In this document: piece by piece, positions 52,319 to 61,481 of the stretch
Layout: the number at the start of each line of letters is the position of its first letter
Position numbering within the stretch: the stretch's first letter is position 1
Position numbers and translations under genes: made by a program
Notes under the pieces: model-generated
Database searches by the model: none
Told to the model about the DNA's origin: nothing
What the model saw: only the letters and a program-made list of their open reading frames with translations
Origin: a virus
Length of the DNA: 64,000 nucleotides
Strand: one strand, 5' to 3'
Virus record (IMG/VR): IMGVR_UViG_3300048908_000307
Coordinates: 9,112 to 73,111 of that record

Positions 52319-52792
52319 GTGGCCAAAGGGGGAAAACCGAAGAAGAAGCTGCAGGTCCCTTCAGCTCGGGTTGCCGAGCAGAAGCGGACTGGCAATCCGT
52401 CCTCGCTGCTGCCGAGCTCATCGAGTTCCGACGAGCGGATCTGTTGGCGGTTCACGCATCTCGACCGCGAGGGACCGTGGGGCCTGGCTCCCCTCGATCA
52501 CGAGAAAATCCAGGCACTGATCGCCGACATGGTGAAGTTCGAGAACCAAACGATCCACGAGCTGTTCCATCAAGGCGAATGGCCAGGCAAGTGTCACGAC
52601 GTGGCGCAGCTACCGAACAAGGTCGCCCTCGATCGGCTTACCGAGCTTGGCCTCCCCGACATGACGAAGATCTGGAAACTCCGCATCGGCGGCCCCGGTC
52701 GTCTCTGGGGCTTCCTGGTTGGACACGTCTTCCACATCATCTGGTGGGACCCGGGCCACGAGGTGTGGCCGTCCAAACTGAAGAACACGTGA
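52319..52792 (+). CDS. Putative RelE-like toxin partner of Panacea
   Basis: Coupled to the antitoxin; IWKLRIGGPGRLWGFLVGHVFHIIWWDPGHEV beta-rich C-terminus. Confidence 0.65.
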   Translation: MAKGGKPKKKLQVPSARVAEQKRTGNPSSLLPSSSSSDERICWRFTHLDREGPWGLAPLDHEKIQALIADMVKFENQTIHELFHQGEWPGKCHDVAQLPNKVALDRLTELGLPDMTKIWKLRIGGPGRLWGFLVGHVFHIIWWDPGHEVWPSKLKNT

Positions 52793-52798
52793 CGAAAG

Positions 52799-52826
52799 CG
52801 CCCCCGCCGGATCCCGGCCGGGGGCG
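52799..52826. terminator. Hairpin between the TA operon and the convergent early operon
   Basis: CGCCCCCG ... CGGGGGCG. Confidence 0.65.
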
Positions 52827-52834
52827 TCGTCGTG

Positions 52835-52987
52835 TCACGCCTGCTCCCCGTGGACGGCCGCGTGCACCTCGGCCCATTCGCTGTGGCAGAGGGCGCAGCC
52901 GTCGGTGAGTTCATCGTGGCCGTGTTCCCAGCGGGCGGCGATTTCGTTGAGGCGGTCGACGGCGTCGGGCTCCTCGTCGCCGATCAC
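52835..52987 (-). CDS. 50-aa hypothetical protein, last of the early operon
   Basis: MIGDEEPDAVDRLNEIAARWEHGH...CALCH; coupled start. Confidence 0.5.
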   Translation of the reverse strand: MIGDEEPDAVDRLNEIAARWEHGHDELTDGCALCHSEWAEVHAAVHGEQA

Positions 52988-53211
52988 GCGACCTCCAGGG
53001 TGTCGTGGGCGAGGCTGATGACGATGCGCAGGCCGCAGACGGCGGCGATGGCTTCGGCCCAGCCGAGGGTGAGGGTGGCGCGCCCGGTGAGCATGTGGCT
53101 CAGATGCTTGGGCGTGAGGTTGAGGCGCCGAGCGATTTCGGCCTGGCTGATCTGGGCGGCGGCGATAGCGGCACGGACTTGGGCGCGGAGGTCGTCCTCG
53201 GCCGTGTTCAC
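52984..53211 (-). CDS. XRE-family HTH protein
   Basis: ISQAEIARRLNLTPKHLSHMLTGRATLTL. Confidence 0.8.
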   Translation of the reverse strand: MNTAEDDLRAQVRAAIAAAQISQAEIARRLNLTPKHLSHMLTGRATLTLGWAEAIAAVCGLRIVISLAHDTLEVA

Positions 53212-53948
53212 GTCCGCTCCCCCGCCGCCGCCTCGAGCTCCCCGACCTGCGCCACGACCCGCTCCAGCTTCCCCAGCAGCACCGGGTCGGCGAGTCGGAG
53301 CCGGGGCCGGTGCGCGGCGATGAGCAAGCGGATCTGGGCGAGGGCGGCCTGATCGCGGATGAGGGCGGCGCGGGTGGCGAGCTGCTCCCCCGACTCCTGC
53401 TCGGCTGCCGCCTGCAGCACGGCCTGCCACCGGTCGTAGCTGGCCGGGGGGATGACGTTGACGGTCTGGTAGCCGATGAGGCTGCCGCCGACCCGTTCGA
53501 GCGAGTACAGGTAGCCGAGGGCCTCGGCGAGGGCGGCGGCGAGCTGGTCGCGGTGCTGCTCGGCTTCCTCGGCGCGTCCGGCGTAGCTGCCAGCTGCGGC
53601 GTCGGCGGACTCGGCTGCCGCCCAGTTGGCGAGGTCGGCGTCGGCGAGTTGGAGGCGCTGCCGCAGTTGGGCGAGGTGACGGTCGCGGACGAACAGGACC
53701 GTGTCGGCGATCTCGCGGGCTCGGGTGGCAGCGATGGGCTTGGGTAGGTTGTCCATGAGCAGCGGCTGGATGGCAGCGGCGTACTGCTGCCGGAGCCATT
53801 CCGGGTCGGTAATGGTGGCGGGCTCGGTCGCTTCGGTCACGGGTTGGCCTTCCTGAGAGCTCTGTTCGGGTTCTGACGGCCTTTGGGGGCCGGGTTGGGG
53901 TCCTGGTGCTCCGTGCGCCTCCTGGGCGCTCTGGCGGCCGTCTGTCAC
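53208..53948 (-). CDS. Hypothetical coiled-coil protein
   Basis: Coupled on both sides in the early operon. Confidence 0.65.
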   Translation of the reverse strand: MTDGRQSAQEAHGAPGPQPGPQRPSEPEQSSQEGQPVTEATEPATITDPEWLRQQYAAAIQPLLMDNLPKPIAATRAREIADTVLFVRDRHLAQLRQRLQLADADLANWAAAESADAAAGSYAGRAEEAEQHRDQLAAALAEALGYLYSLERVGGSLIGYQTVNVIPPASYDRWQAVLQAAAEQESGEQLATRAALIRDQAALAQIRLLIAAHRPRLRLADPVLLGKLERVVAQVGELEAAAGERT

Positions 53949-54316
53949 GCCGCCACCTCCCCTCGCGGCCCTGAGCGGCCCTGTGCGGCTCTCGCGGCCC
54001 CCCGGACGTCCCGAGCGCCGCCCGCGGCCTCCTGGGCGCCCTGAGGGCCGTCTGAGCCCGTTCGCGGGGGTTCGACGGCCCGCACACCCGATCCGCCAGC
54101 GATAGCCGCGAGTTCAGCGAGGGTGATGTGGCCGTGGAAAATCGCCAGCGCCACAGCGTGGGCACGGTCCTGGGCGCCGAGCACCTTGTACGCCTCACCG
54201 AGATGGCGGGCGACCGTGTCCGCGCGGATACCGAGACGGCTGCCGGTTTGGGTGCTGGTGCACCCGGCTGCGGCCAGGATGAGAACCTCCCGCTGCCGGG
54301 CAGTCAGCGCCCTCAC
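53945..54316 (-). CDS. LuxR-type HTH protein
   Basis: LTARQREVLILAAAG...LGI..DTV..HL..AYKVLGA.DRAHAVA. Confidence 0.85.
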   Translation of the reverse strand: MRALTARQREVLILAAAGCTSTQTGSRLGIRADTVARHLGEAYKVLGAQDRAHAVALAIFHGHITLAELAAIAGGSGVRAVEPPRTGSDGPQGAQEAAGGARDVRGAARAAQGRSGPRGEVAA

Positions 54317-54492
54317 GGCCGGCCCCCCTCGCGCAGCGCCTTGCGTGCCGCCCGCATGTCGGCCGCCGCCATCCGCCGCAGCGCCCGCTCGATCACCGCG
54401 GCCGGCACCTGCCCGGCGTAGCAGGTGGCGAGGATCCGCTCCGACTGGACGGTGAGGAGCTGGCGGGCCTGCGGGCGACGCTGCGGGCTCAT
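54313..54492 (-). CDS. Small hypothetical protein
   Basis: MSPQRRPQARQLL; coupled. Confidence 0.55.
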   Translation of the reverse strand: MSPQRRPQARQLLTVQSERILATCYAGQVPAAVIERALRRMAAADMRAARKALREGGRP

Positions 54493-54839
54493 CGGGTGCC
54501 GCCGTTGATCGCACGGGCCGCGGCGAGGGCGTGTTCGGTTCTGCCGCGCGTTGCGGCTGCCCGGCCCATCAGCTCGATCAGGCCTGCTTCGTAGTCGAGC
54601 CAGTCGGCGAGGACGAGGCCGACGCCGGGGTGCATAGCGGCGATGTACGCGGCGCACTGGGGGCTCGCTGCATCGGCGACCGGGTAGACGGGCTCTCCGG
54701 TGTCGGGGTAGGTCCCTTGCGTCACGGTGGTGCCGTCGGCGGCCCAGTCGTTGGAGATGCCGGGGGCGGATCCGACTCCTGAAGCGGTGGCTCGCAACTT
54801 GGCGGCTGCGATGCGCAATTCGTCGGCGGGTGTGGTCAC
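54489..54839 (-). CDS. Hypothetical protein
   Basis: MTTPADELRIAAAKLR...AAYIAAMHPGVGLVLADWL. Confidence 0.65.
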   Translation of the reverse strand: MTTPADELRIAAAKLRATASGVGSAPGISNDWAADGTTVTQGTYPDTGEPVYPVADAASPQCAAYIAAMHPGVGLVLADWLDYEAGLIELMGRAAATRGRTEHALAAARAINGGTR

Positions 54840-55114
54840 GGCTTGGCCTCCGGGTCGATGAGGGCTAGTTCGGCGTACTTCTGTGCGGCCCGGATGTCGT
54901 GGCAGGGCCAGTCGTCGCCGTCGCGTTCGCACTGCCGCCCGCTGCAGTCCGGGACGTGGATGGCAGCGGTGTCGCGGAGCCACCATCCGAGGGCATTCCC
55001 TGCTGACGTGTCGGCGGCAAACGCGATGAGCGACGCGGCTTGGAGGTGCTCGGCTGGCGTGCGGGGTGGCACGCTCGCGGCGGGCGCGGCGTACAAGGCT
55101 TCGAGGTCGGTCAT
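54836..55114 (-). CDS. Hypothetical protein
   Basis: GGAGG RBS; coupled. Confidence 0.65.
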   Translation of the reverse strand: MTDLEALYAAPAASVPPRTPAEHLQAASLIAFAADTSAGNALGWWLRDTAAIHVPDCSGRQCERDGDDWPCHDIRAAQKYAELALIDPEAKP

Positions 55115-55168
55115 GGTGTTCCTCCAGGCGGGCGGCGGCCGGAACCACCGCCCGGGGTCGGGATGGGG

Positions 55169-55471
55169 TCAGGGGGTGGGCTGCCACTGCGGGCAGTGGC
55201 TGATCGGGAAGGTGGCGCCGCGGGGTGCGGCGTCGACGTCGCAGGCCTCCGGGTAGTCGCCACACGCGCACCACTCGCCCGGGTTGCAGGACTCGGTGCC
55301 CTGGACGGCTGGCAGGTGGTGCTCGCACGTCTTGCAGTTCCGCAGGCCCGGGTTCCGCCAGCAGCGCGTCATGTGGTCGCGGATCGCGGCCGGGTCGGCG
55401 CGGGTGTAGCGGCGGCAGAACGGGCACTGATGCCGCTGCACGACGATCGGGTCTGGGAGGTCGACGCTCAT
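55169..55471 (-). CDS. Cys-rich zinc-finger hypothetical protein
   Basis: CPFCRR...HMTRCWRNP..RNCKTCEH. Confidence 0.65.
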   Translation of the reverse strand: MSVDLPDPIVVQRHQCPFCRRYTRADPAAIRDHMTRCWRNPGLRNCKTCEHHLPAVQGTESCNPGEWCACGDYPEACDVDAAPRGATFPISHCPQWQPTP

Positions 55472-55821
55472 CGGCGCTCCCCCGCCCTGGCGTGATCGAC
55501 CGGCCAGTGCCAACCCATCCGCGCCCGATGCTTGCCGTCGTGTCCAGGCGGCAACTGGCAGGCCCGCGCCGGGTACTGCGAGGGCACGAGGTGCTTCGGT
55601 CCGCCGACCGAACCGCACTCGGGTTCGCCGGGGGTGGCGAAGTCCTTGAAGTGGTCGAGGTGCAGGAGCGTGCTGGCGTCGTCGCGGTAGCAGATGTGGA
55701 TCACGCAGCTGCCACAGAACTCGCACTCGGCGCACTCGTCCAGCAGCCACGGGTCGACGAGGATCCCGAAGTGCGCGGTGTACCGGCGGTTCGCGCAGGG
55801 CGTCTCCCAGGCGCAGGCCAC
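55468..55821 (-). CDS. Cys/His-rich hypothetical protein (start uncertain)
   Basis: CAECEFC...CQLPPGHDGKH. Confidence 0.5.
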   Translation of the reverse strand: MACAWETPCANRRYTAHFGILVDPWLLDECAECEFCGSCVIHICYRDDASTLLHLDHFKDFATPGEPECGSVGGPKHLVPSQYPARACQLPPGHDGKHRARMGWHWPVDHARAGERR

Positions 55822-55823
55822 GG

Positions 55824-56426
55824 TCAGGCCTCCTTGTCGGGCTGGGACGCGGCGGCGGGCCCGGTGCAGGCGCATCGCTGCCAGGCGTCCAGCAGCGCGC
55901 CGCACGGACCATCCCCGTTGCAGCGCCAGTGACGGCAGGTGAGGCAGTCCGGCAGCGGGCGCACCGTGACCGTGGTGGTGCGCTCCGCCATCCGCCAGGA
56001 GAAGTCCGGGTACTTGACGCGCTTCACGGCCAGCCGCTCGGCTGCCCAGTCGAGGGCGTTCATGAAGCTGCTGGCGTCCTCCCAGGTGCCGTCGTCCTGT
56101 TGGGCTTGGAGGAAGTACTCGACGGCGGGCAGCCCGGCGGCGGGCTCGTCCGGCGGGCAGTCGTAGCCGTGCTGGCCGCAGAAGTTGTTACCGCGGGTGC
56201 ACGGGTTGACGGGCTCCCGCAGCACGTCTGCCCGGTCGGTGGTAGCGGGCAGCACGGCCAGCACCGCGTCGGCGATCCGTAGCCGCTCGGGGTCATCGAT
56301 CTCCGGCATGAAGGCGAGCTGGCCGTTCGGGCCGGTGCGGATGTCGGCGCTACATGACAGGTGATCGAGCAGTGCCTGGGCGATGCGGTCGCGCAGGGCG
56401 GCCTGCGGGTCGGTGGTGTCGGTCAT
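55824..56426 (-). CDS. Hypothetical mosaic protein
   Basis: MTDTTDPQAALRDRIAQAL; AGGAG RBS. Confidence 0.65.
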   Translation of the reverse strand: MTDTTDPQAALRDRIAQALLDHLSCSADIRTGPNGQLAFMPEIDDPERLRIADAVLAVLPATTDRADVLREPVNPCTRGNNFCGQHGYDCPPDEPAAGLPAVEYFLQAQQDDGTWEDASSFMNALDWAAERLAVKRVKYPDFSWRMAERTTTVTVRPLPDCLTCRHWRCNGDGPCGALLDAWQRCACTGPAAASQPDKEA

Positions 56427-56516
56427 GCGATGTCTCCTTGATCGATGTGATGGACTAGCCGGGCCGCCGCCCTCCTGGTTGCGACAGGAGGGCGGCCGGT
56501 GCCGGGGGTCACGGGG

Positions 56517-56864
56517 TCAGCGGTCCAGGGCGCGGGCGAGGATGCCGCGCAGCGTGACGGCCACGGCCGGGTCGATGCCGTCCCGGTCGTCGAGGTAGTC
56601 CGCCAGACCCTCCAGCTCGTGCCGGTACCGCGACGCCTCGCTCTCGTTGCTTCGGGCCTGGTGGGCGTGCGGGCAGTCGCCCTCAGCGCACGCGTCGGCG
56701 CGCTCGCGAAGGCTGTCGGTGCCAGCCTCGGCGTGGACGCGGGCCTCGACGGTGTCGCGGTAGGCGTCCAGGAGTTCACGGCGGCGGAGGGGCGACAGGT
56801 TGCCGTCCATGGCGGCGTCGAGGTTGAGACGCAGGTCGTTCTCGGTGAGCTTCGGGTCGGTCAT
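56517..56864 (-). CDS. Hypothetical protein
   Basis: GGAG RBS. Confidence 0.65.
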   Translation of the reverse strand: MTDPKLTENDLRLNLDAAMDGNLSPLRRRELLDAYRDTVEARVHAEAGTDSLRERADACAEGDCPHAHQARSNESEASRYRHELEGLADYLDDRDGIDPAVAVTLRGILARALDR

Positions 56865-56970
56865 CGGGTTCTCCATTCACTGGCCACCTAGGTGGGGTTT
56901 CTGCTGGTCAGGCACGCGTCATGCCGCAGGCCGGGTGCCGGGTGGGGGCGGGCGGGGAACAACGGGCGGA

Positions 56971-57219
56971 TCAGGCGGCCTGCGGGTCGATGAGGTCGGC
57001 CAACTCCCGGCCGTACTCGGCGAGCGCGGTCTCGCCTTCGGCTGCACGCAGGCCGGCGTCGGTGCGCTGCTGGCCGGACAGGGTGTGCGCGTGCCGGTCC
57101 TTGATCTGCTGCAGCAGGCGTTCAGCTTCGGCCCGGCCGCCGGTCATCACCTGGCTGCTGGTGAAGAGTTCGAGGGCGAGCTCGTCGGGCGTCATGGTCA
57201 CGCGGGGCTTGTCGGTCAT
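56971..57219 (-). CDS. Hypothetical protein
   Basis: MTDKPRVTMTPDELALELF; AAGGAG RBS. Confidence 0.65.
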   Translation of the reverse strand: MTDKPRVTMTPDELALELFTSSQVMTGGRAEAERLLQQIKDRHAHTLSGQQRTDAGLRAAEGETALAEYGRELADLIDPQAA

Positions 57220-57254
57220 TGGTGCTCCTTCTCGGGGTTGGTGGTGCGGGCGGG

Positions 57255-58211
57255 TCAGGCGGCGGTCGCTGCCCGTGCGAGGGCTGCGGCGAGCGGGGGC
57301 GGGCAGGCGTTCCCGAGTTGCTGCGAGATGTCGCCGCCGGACCAGGGCCAGTCGGCAGGGAAGCCCTGCAGTACGCCGGCCTCCGCCGCGGTGAGGCGCG
57401 GGAGTTCGCGGCCGTCGGCGTCCACGAGTCGCAGCCGCGAGATCTTGCCGGTGACGGTGAACGCCGGCTCGGCGCTCGTCCGCCGGCCGCGGTTCTTGGG
57501 GTCGCCGCCGGTGCCGTAGTTGGAGATCACGGTGAACGGGCCGCGGTGCGGGAGCGCGTCGCCCATCGACACCCACGGCGCCAGGCGGCCGTCTCCCGCG
57601 TCCTGGGGGATTCCCCGGCGGTACGGGCGCCTCGTCGGCTCCGGAAGCGCCACAGGCCCGTCCAGGCGCGCCACGAGCACCGCCCGACGCCGGGTCTGCG
57701 GCAACCCGAACTGCTCCGTCCGCAGCACGCCGGTCGCCACCGAGTAGCCGTCGGCGCGAAGGACTTCCGCGTAGGCGTCCCACACGGGCTGCACCTGCTG
57801 CACCTGCTCCAGCACGATCGCCTCGTAGGGCCGGCCCATGTCCGCGGCCTGCAACGCCCAGCGCAGCGGCTCCAGGACGAGCCCGGTCCGCGGGTCGCCG
57901 AACGTCGCGGCGTCGACGGTCTCCCGGGCGCCCATCCGCTTCACCGCGTCGACGATGTCGGCGAGCGCGGCACGGCCCGCTCCCCCACCGGCGACGGTGA
58001 ACGTCTGGCAGGGCGGCCCGCCGGTGAGCACGGTGGCCGGAATGTCGGCGGGCCCGTAGCGGGTGACGTCGCCGTGCACCGTCGCCAGGCCGGCGGCGAC
58101 CCGGGTGGCGACCGCGGATCGGTCCAACTCGATCCCGACACCAGGCAGGCTGGCGCCCCACTCCAGACCACCCGGGCCAGCGAAGAGGTGAACGGCGAAG
58201 GGGCCGGTCAT
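57255..58211 (-). CDS. DNA (cytosine-5)-methyltransferase, orphan
   Basis: HLFAGPGG (I), GGPPCQ (IV), EQV (VI), QTRRR (VIII), QQLGNACPP (X). Confidence 0.92.
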   Translation of the reverse strand: MTGPFAVHLFAGPGGLEWGASLPGVGIELDRSAVATRVAAGLATVHGDVTRYGPADIPATVLTGGPPCQTFTVAGGGAGRAALADIVDAVKRMGARETVDAATFGDPRTGLVLEPLRWALQAADMGRPYEAIVLEQVQQVQPVWDAYAEVLRADGYSVATGVLRTEQFGLPQTRRRAVLVARLDGPVALPEPTRRPYRRGIPQDAGDGRLAPWVSMGDALPHRGPFTVISNYGTGGDPKNRGRRTSAEPAFTVTGKISRLRLVDADGRELPRLTAAEAGVLQGFPADWPWSGGDISQQLGNACPPPLAAALARAATAA

Positions 58212-58378
58212 GCGGCTTCTCCCTCTTGCGCGCTCCAGCCGCAGGTCCAGATGTCGCCGCAGTCGGGGCAGCGGTAGGTGGCGACGATGGCGCCGGGCCC
58301 GCTGGGCGTGATCTTGACGGGGGGTATGGCGGGGCTGTCTACGGTGAGGCAGCGGTTGCAGGTGTCGAGGTAGGGCAC
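58208..58378 (-). CDS. 56-aa zinc-ribbon protein
   Basis: DTCNRCL...YRCPDCGDIWTCGW; coupled to the methyltransferase. Confidence 0.6.
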   Translation of the reverse strand: MPYLDTCNRCLTVDSPAIPPVKITPSGPGAIVATYRCPDCGDIWTCGWSAQEGEAA

Positions 58379-58396
58379 GGGTGGTTCTCCTTTCGG

Positions 58397-59758
58397 TCAG
58401 GTCTGGGCCATATCGACGAATCGGGCATAGTGCCCTTGGAAGGCGACGGTGATGGTGGCGGTGGGCCCGTTGCGGTGTTTGGCGACGATCAGGTCCGCTT
58501 CGCCGGCGCGAGGGGATTCCTTGTCGTAGGCGTCCTCGCGGTGGAGCAGGATGACGATGTCGGCGTCCTGCTCGAGGGAGCCGGACTCTCGGAGGTCGGA
58601 GACCATCGGCCGCTTGTCCTGGCGTTGTTCGGGGCCGCGGTTGAGCTGGGACAGGGCGACGACGGGGATCCCGAGCTCCATGGCGAGCTTCTTGAGGCCG
58701 CGGCTGATCCTCGAGACCTCTTGCTGCCGGTTGTCGTTCTTGCCGGTGGACTCGCCGCCCATCAGCTGCAGGTAGTCGATGACGACGAGGCCGAGCCCGT
58801 GCTGGCGTTGGATGCGCCGGCAGTGCGAGCGGATCTTGGCGAGCGTGATGCCGGTGTCGGTGACGATGAACAGCGGCGAAGCCTGCATGTCCTTGCCCGC
58901 CTCGACCAAGTCCATGATCTTGTCGTCGTCGAGGGGGCCCTTGCTCTTCATCCAGTGCAGCGGGTAGGTGGCGTGAGCGGAGAGGAACCGCTTCTCGAGC
59001 TCCTTGCGGCCCATCTCGAGCGAGAAGAACGCGGTGGGAATGTCGTTGCGGATCGAGGTGTAGCGGGCGAAGTCGCCGCCGAGGACGGACTTGCCCATGG
59101 CGGGACGGGCCGCGATGAGCACGAACTGGCCGGGCTGGAGGCCGCCGGTGAGGGAGTCGAAGTCGGTGAACCCGGTGAGGAGGCCTTCCTTGGGCCCGTT
59201 CTCGCGGATGTCGACGACTTCGGCGACGGTGTCCATGATGTCGACGCCGATGGACAGGTCTTCGTCTCCGGCGTCGGTGAGGCCGGCGAGTCCTTCGAGG
59301 GTGTCGTAGGCGCCCTGGATGATCTCGTCAGGTGTCTGCTCACGGCTGTGGACGCCCTGAGCCATGCCGGTGCCGGCGGCGAGGACTTTCCGCAGGACGG
59401 CTTTCTCGCGGACGATCTCGGCGTGGGACCGGGTGCTGCCGATGGTCTGGTAGGCGTTGACGATCTCGAAGAGGTAGGGGCGGTCGCCGCAGCGGATGAG
59501 GTCGCCGCTGCGCTCGAGCTGGTCGCCGAGGGCGATGGGGTCGTGGCCCTTGCCGGCGGTGTGGAGGTCGACGAGCGTGCGGTAGATCGTTTCGTGGGCG
59601 GGGCGGTAGAAGTGGCTGGGCTCGAGGATGTCGACGGCGTCGTCGATGGAGCGGCTGGACCGGATCATCGAGCTGAGGACGGCCTGTTCGGCGGGAATGT
59701 CGAACGGCGGGAGCTTCTTCTCGTCGTCGGCGGGCGGCTCGTCGTAGTCGTGGGTCAT
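58397..59758 (-). CDS. dnaB: Replicative DNA helicase DnaB
   Basis: PFDIPAEQAVL, IAARPAMGKS, FFSLEM, VVIDYLQL, LSQLNR, DLRESGSLEQDAD, AKHRNGPT. Confidence 0.96.
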   Translation of the reverse strand: MTHDYDEPPADDEKKLPPFDIPAEQAVLSSMIRSSRSIDDAVDILEPSHFYRPAHETIYRTLVDLHTAGKGHDPIALGDQLERSGDLIRCGDRPYLFEIVNAYQTIGSTRSHAEIVREKAVLRKVLAAGTGMAQGVHSREQTPDEIIQGAYDTLEGLAGLTDAGDEDLSIGVDIMDTVAEVVDIRENGPKEGLLTGFTDFDSLTGGLQPGQFVLIAARPAMGKSVLGGDFARYTSIRNDIPTAFFSLEMGRKELEKRFLSAHATYPLHWMKSKGPLDDDKIMDLVEAGKDMQASPLFIVTDTGITLAKIRSHCRRIQRQHGLGLVVIDYLQLMGGESTGKNDNRQQEVSRISRGLKKLAMELGIPVVALSQLNRGPEQRQDKRPMVSDLRESGSLEQDADIVILLHREDAYDKESPRAGEADLIVAKHRNGPTATITVAFQGHYARFVDMAQT

Positions 59759-60342
59759 GCGCTCTTCCTGAAGTCGGTGCCGGTGAAGGTCGCGAAGACG
59801 GAGCCGCCGTCGGCGAAGCGGGACTTGGTTCGCGGGCCGAGCGGCTCGAGCGTCGGCAGGTTCGTGGAGATCAAGGTGGGGAGCTGGTTCTGCCAGCGGG
59901 CGTCGATCAGCTGGGCGATCGCGTCGACGGTCCACGGGTACAGCTGGGTCGCGCCGAGGTCGTCGAGGGCGAGGAGCGGGGCCTCGCGCCAGGTCTGCAG
60001 CTTTTCGGTGTTGACGGGCCGGTCCGCGGCGGCCTTGAACTCGAAGTCGGAGACGAGGTAGTAGCGGCCGAACCAGCCGCGCTGGATCAGGAGTTCGCCG
60101 ATCTTCCACAAATGCCAGGTCTTGCCGGTGCCGGGCTCACCGAGGAGCAGCAGCGAGGCGTGGGAGCCGGTCAGGTAGCCGTCGATCCACTTCTCAACTT
60201 CGGGCCTGACGGGGGCGTCTTCGTCGAAGGCGGCGGGCCGGCGGGCGAGGTAGCGCTCGAGAGTCTGGCTGCGGATCTCGGCGCGGGCCGCGGCTTGCGC
60301 GGCGTCGTGCCGGGCCCGCCGGTCGGCGGCGCTGGTGGTCAT
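59755..60342 (-). CDS. DnaC/IstB-like AAA+ helicase loader
   Basis: LLGEPGTGKT, LALDDLG, TLISTNL, SRF. Confidence 0.9.
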   Translation of the reverse strand: MTTSAADRRARHDAAQAAARAEIRSQTLERYLARRPAAFDEDAPVRPEVEKWIDGYLTGSHASLLLLGEPGTGKTWHLWKIGELLIQRGWFGRYYLVSDFEFKAAADRPVNTEKLQTWREAPLLALDDLGATQLYPWTVDAIAQLIDARWQNQLPTLISTNLPTLEPLGPRTKSRFADGGSVFATFTGTDFRKSA

Positions 60343-61304
60343 CAGAAGGGCCTCGCATTCTTGTAGTCCTCGGCGGTGGGTGTGGGCGCAGCGGCGCCTG
60401 TGGCGGGGTGAGGACGGTTCGGGCCGGTCCAGCCGCCAGGCACAGCGCGGAGTTGAGGGCGGCCAGCGGATGTCGACTCGGGCTCCGGGTGCAGCGACTC
60501 CCATCGGCCGATCCAGGCGGTGACGCTGTCCGGCTCGCCTCGGAGTTCTGCGGCATTGGCAGCGGAGCGGACCATGAGGTCGACTCCCAGGCGTTCGACT
60601 TGGATGCGGATGCGCTCCCAGTCGGTGAACTTCTTGATGTCCCAGGCGACTGCTCCGAGCCCAGCTGCTGCCAGCGCGTTGGCGAGAGGCTGAAGCGCGT
60701 CGGGGAAACCGTTCTTGCGCTCGGCCCAGCTAGCAGCAGTAGCTACGTCAGTAGCTACTGCTTGGGTCGGGGCGGGCCGGGACGCCCGCGCGTGAGTCGG
60801 AGCGGAGTCCCCGGGGGACACGGATCCCTGAGCTGGGGCTTTACTTGAAACTGGCGAAGAAAAACCGCCGAAAAACTCCTCTTTTTCTCGAGTTTTTGGC
60901 GCCGAATCGGATCCGTTTTGCTGGCCGTTTCGCGGCGGAGGCGGTCCGGCGGGCCCTCCACCAGCCCTCTGGTTGCGCTTCTTCTCTGCCTCGCGATCGC
61001 GCTCGGCAGTCACCCGGACGCGGCTCGGGTTGTAGCGGAGGTAGTCGTGCATCACGTAGTCGCCGGGCATCGGCTGAGCGCAGCGCGAGCAGCCGTGACC
61101 GTGCTCGTGCCACAGGCCGGACTTCAGGAGTTTGGCGATCTGCGTCTCGGTGCCCTCGGCCGCGGTCTCGGCCGGGATGATCCCGTCGGTGAGGTATGCC
61201 GCGGCATAGGAGCCGCACATCACCCACAGGCCGATGGCAGCCTTGCCGGCGCGACGCATCTTCGGGTGCGCGTGCGCCGTGTCGTCAACCTTGAACCAGG
61301 GCAT
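60342..61304 (-). CDS. Phage replication initiator (replisome organiser)
   Basis: MPWFKVDD....HPK...AG.AAIGLW...GSY...LTDG, YVMHDYLRYNPS; upstream of loader and helicase. Confidence 0.8.
   Translation of the reverse strand: MPWFKVDDTAHAHPKMRRAGKAAIGLWVMCGSYAAAYLTDGIIPAETAAEGTETQIAKLLKSGLWHEHGHGCSRCAQPMPGDYVMHDYLRYNPSRVRVTAERDREAEKKRNQRAGGGPAGPPPPRNGQQNGSDSAPKTREKEEFFGGFSSPVSSKAPAQGSVSPGDSAPTHARASRPAPTQAVATDVATAASWAERKNGFPDALQPLANALAAAGLGAVAWDIKKFTDWERIRIQVERLGVDLMVRSAANAAELRGEPDSVTAWIGRWESLHPEPESTSAGRPQLRAVPGGWTGPNRPHPATGAAAPTPTAEDYKNARPF
60737..60897. other. Candidate replication origin inside the initiator gene
   Basis: Perfect dyad CAGTAGCTAC-GTCA-GTAGCTACTG (60737-60760); A5/T5 tracts at 60860, 60871, 60882, 60893. 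Confidence 0.5.
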
Positions 61305-61398
61305 CGGGACTTCTTTCGAACGGTGTTGTCAGGGGTCTTTGGGCGCACGGAACCAGGCCTTTCACGGCGGTCGGTTTCGCGGCTGGCGCGAACCCATA

Positions 61399-61460
61399 TA
61401 GCCAACATACACTTGGCCACATGAATGTTGGCTACTGTTGTGCAACTGGATGTGGCCACA
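61399..61460. promoter_or_regulatory. Nested dyads upstream of the inverted HTH/GIY-YIG pair
   Basis: GCCAACAT...ATGTTGGC and TGGCCACA...TGTGGCCA. Confidence 0.5.
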
Positions 61461-61481
61461 TCGCCGTGGGACCATGCCGCC

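Noticed and set aside
58226-60061. 611-aa plus-strand ORF
   Set aside because: Antisense shadow of dnaB and the loader; typical of GC-rich DNA, no motifs. The same applies to 29908..31581, 6945..8333, 43736..45223, 25109..26309 and 1966..3138.
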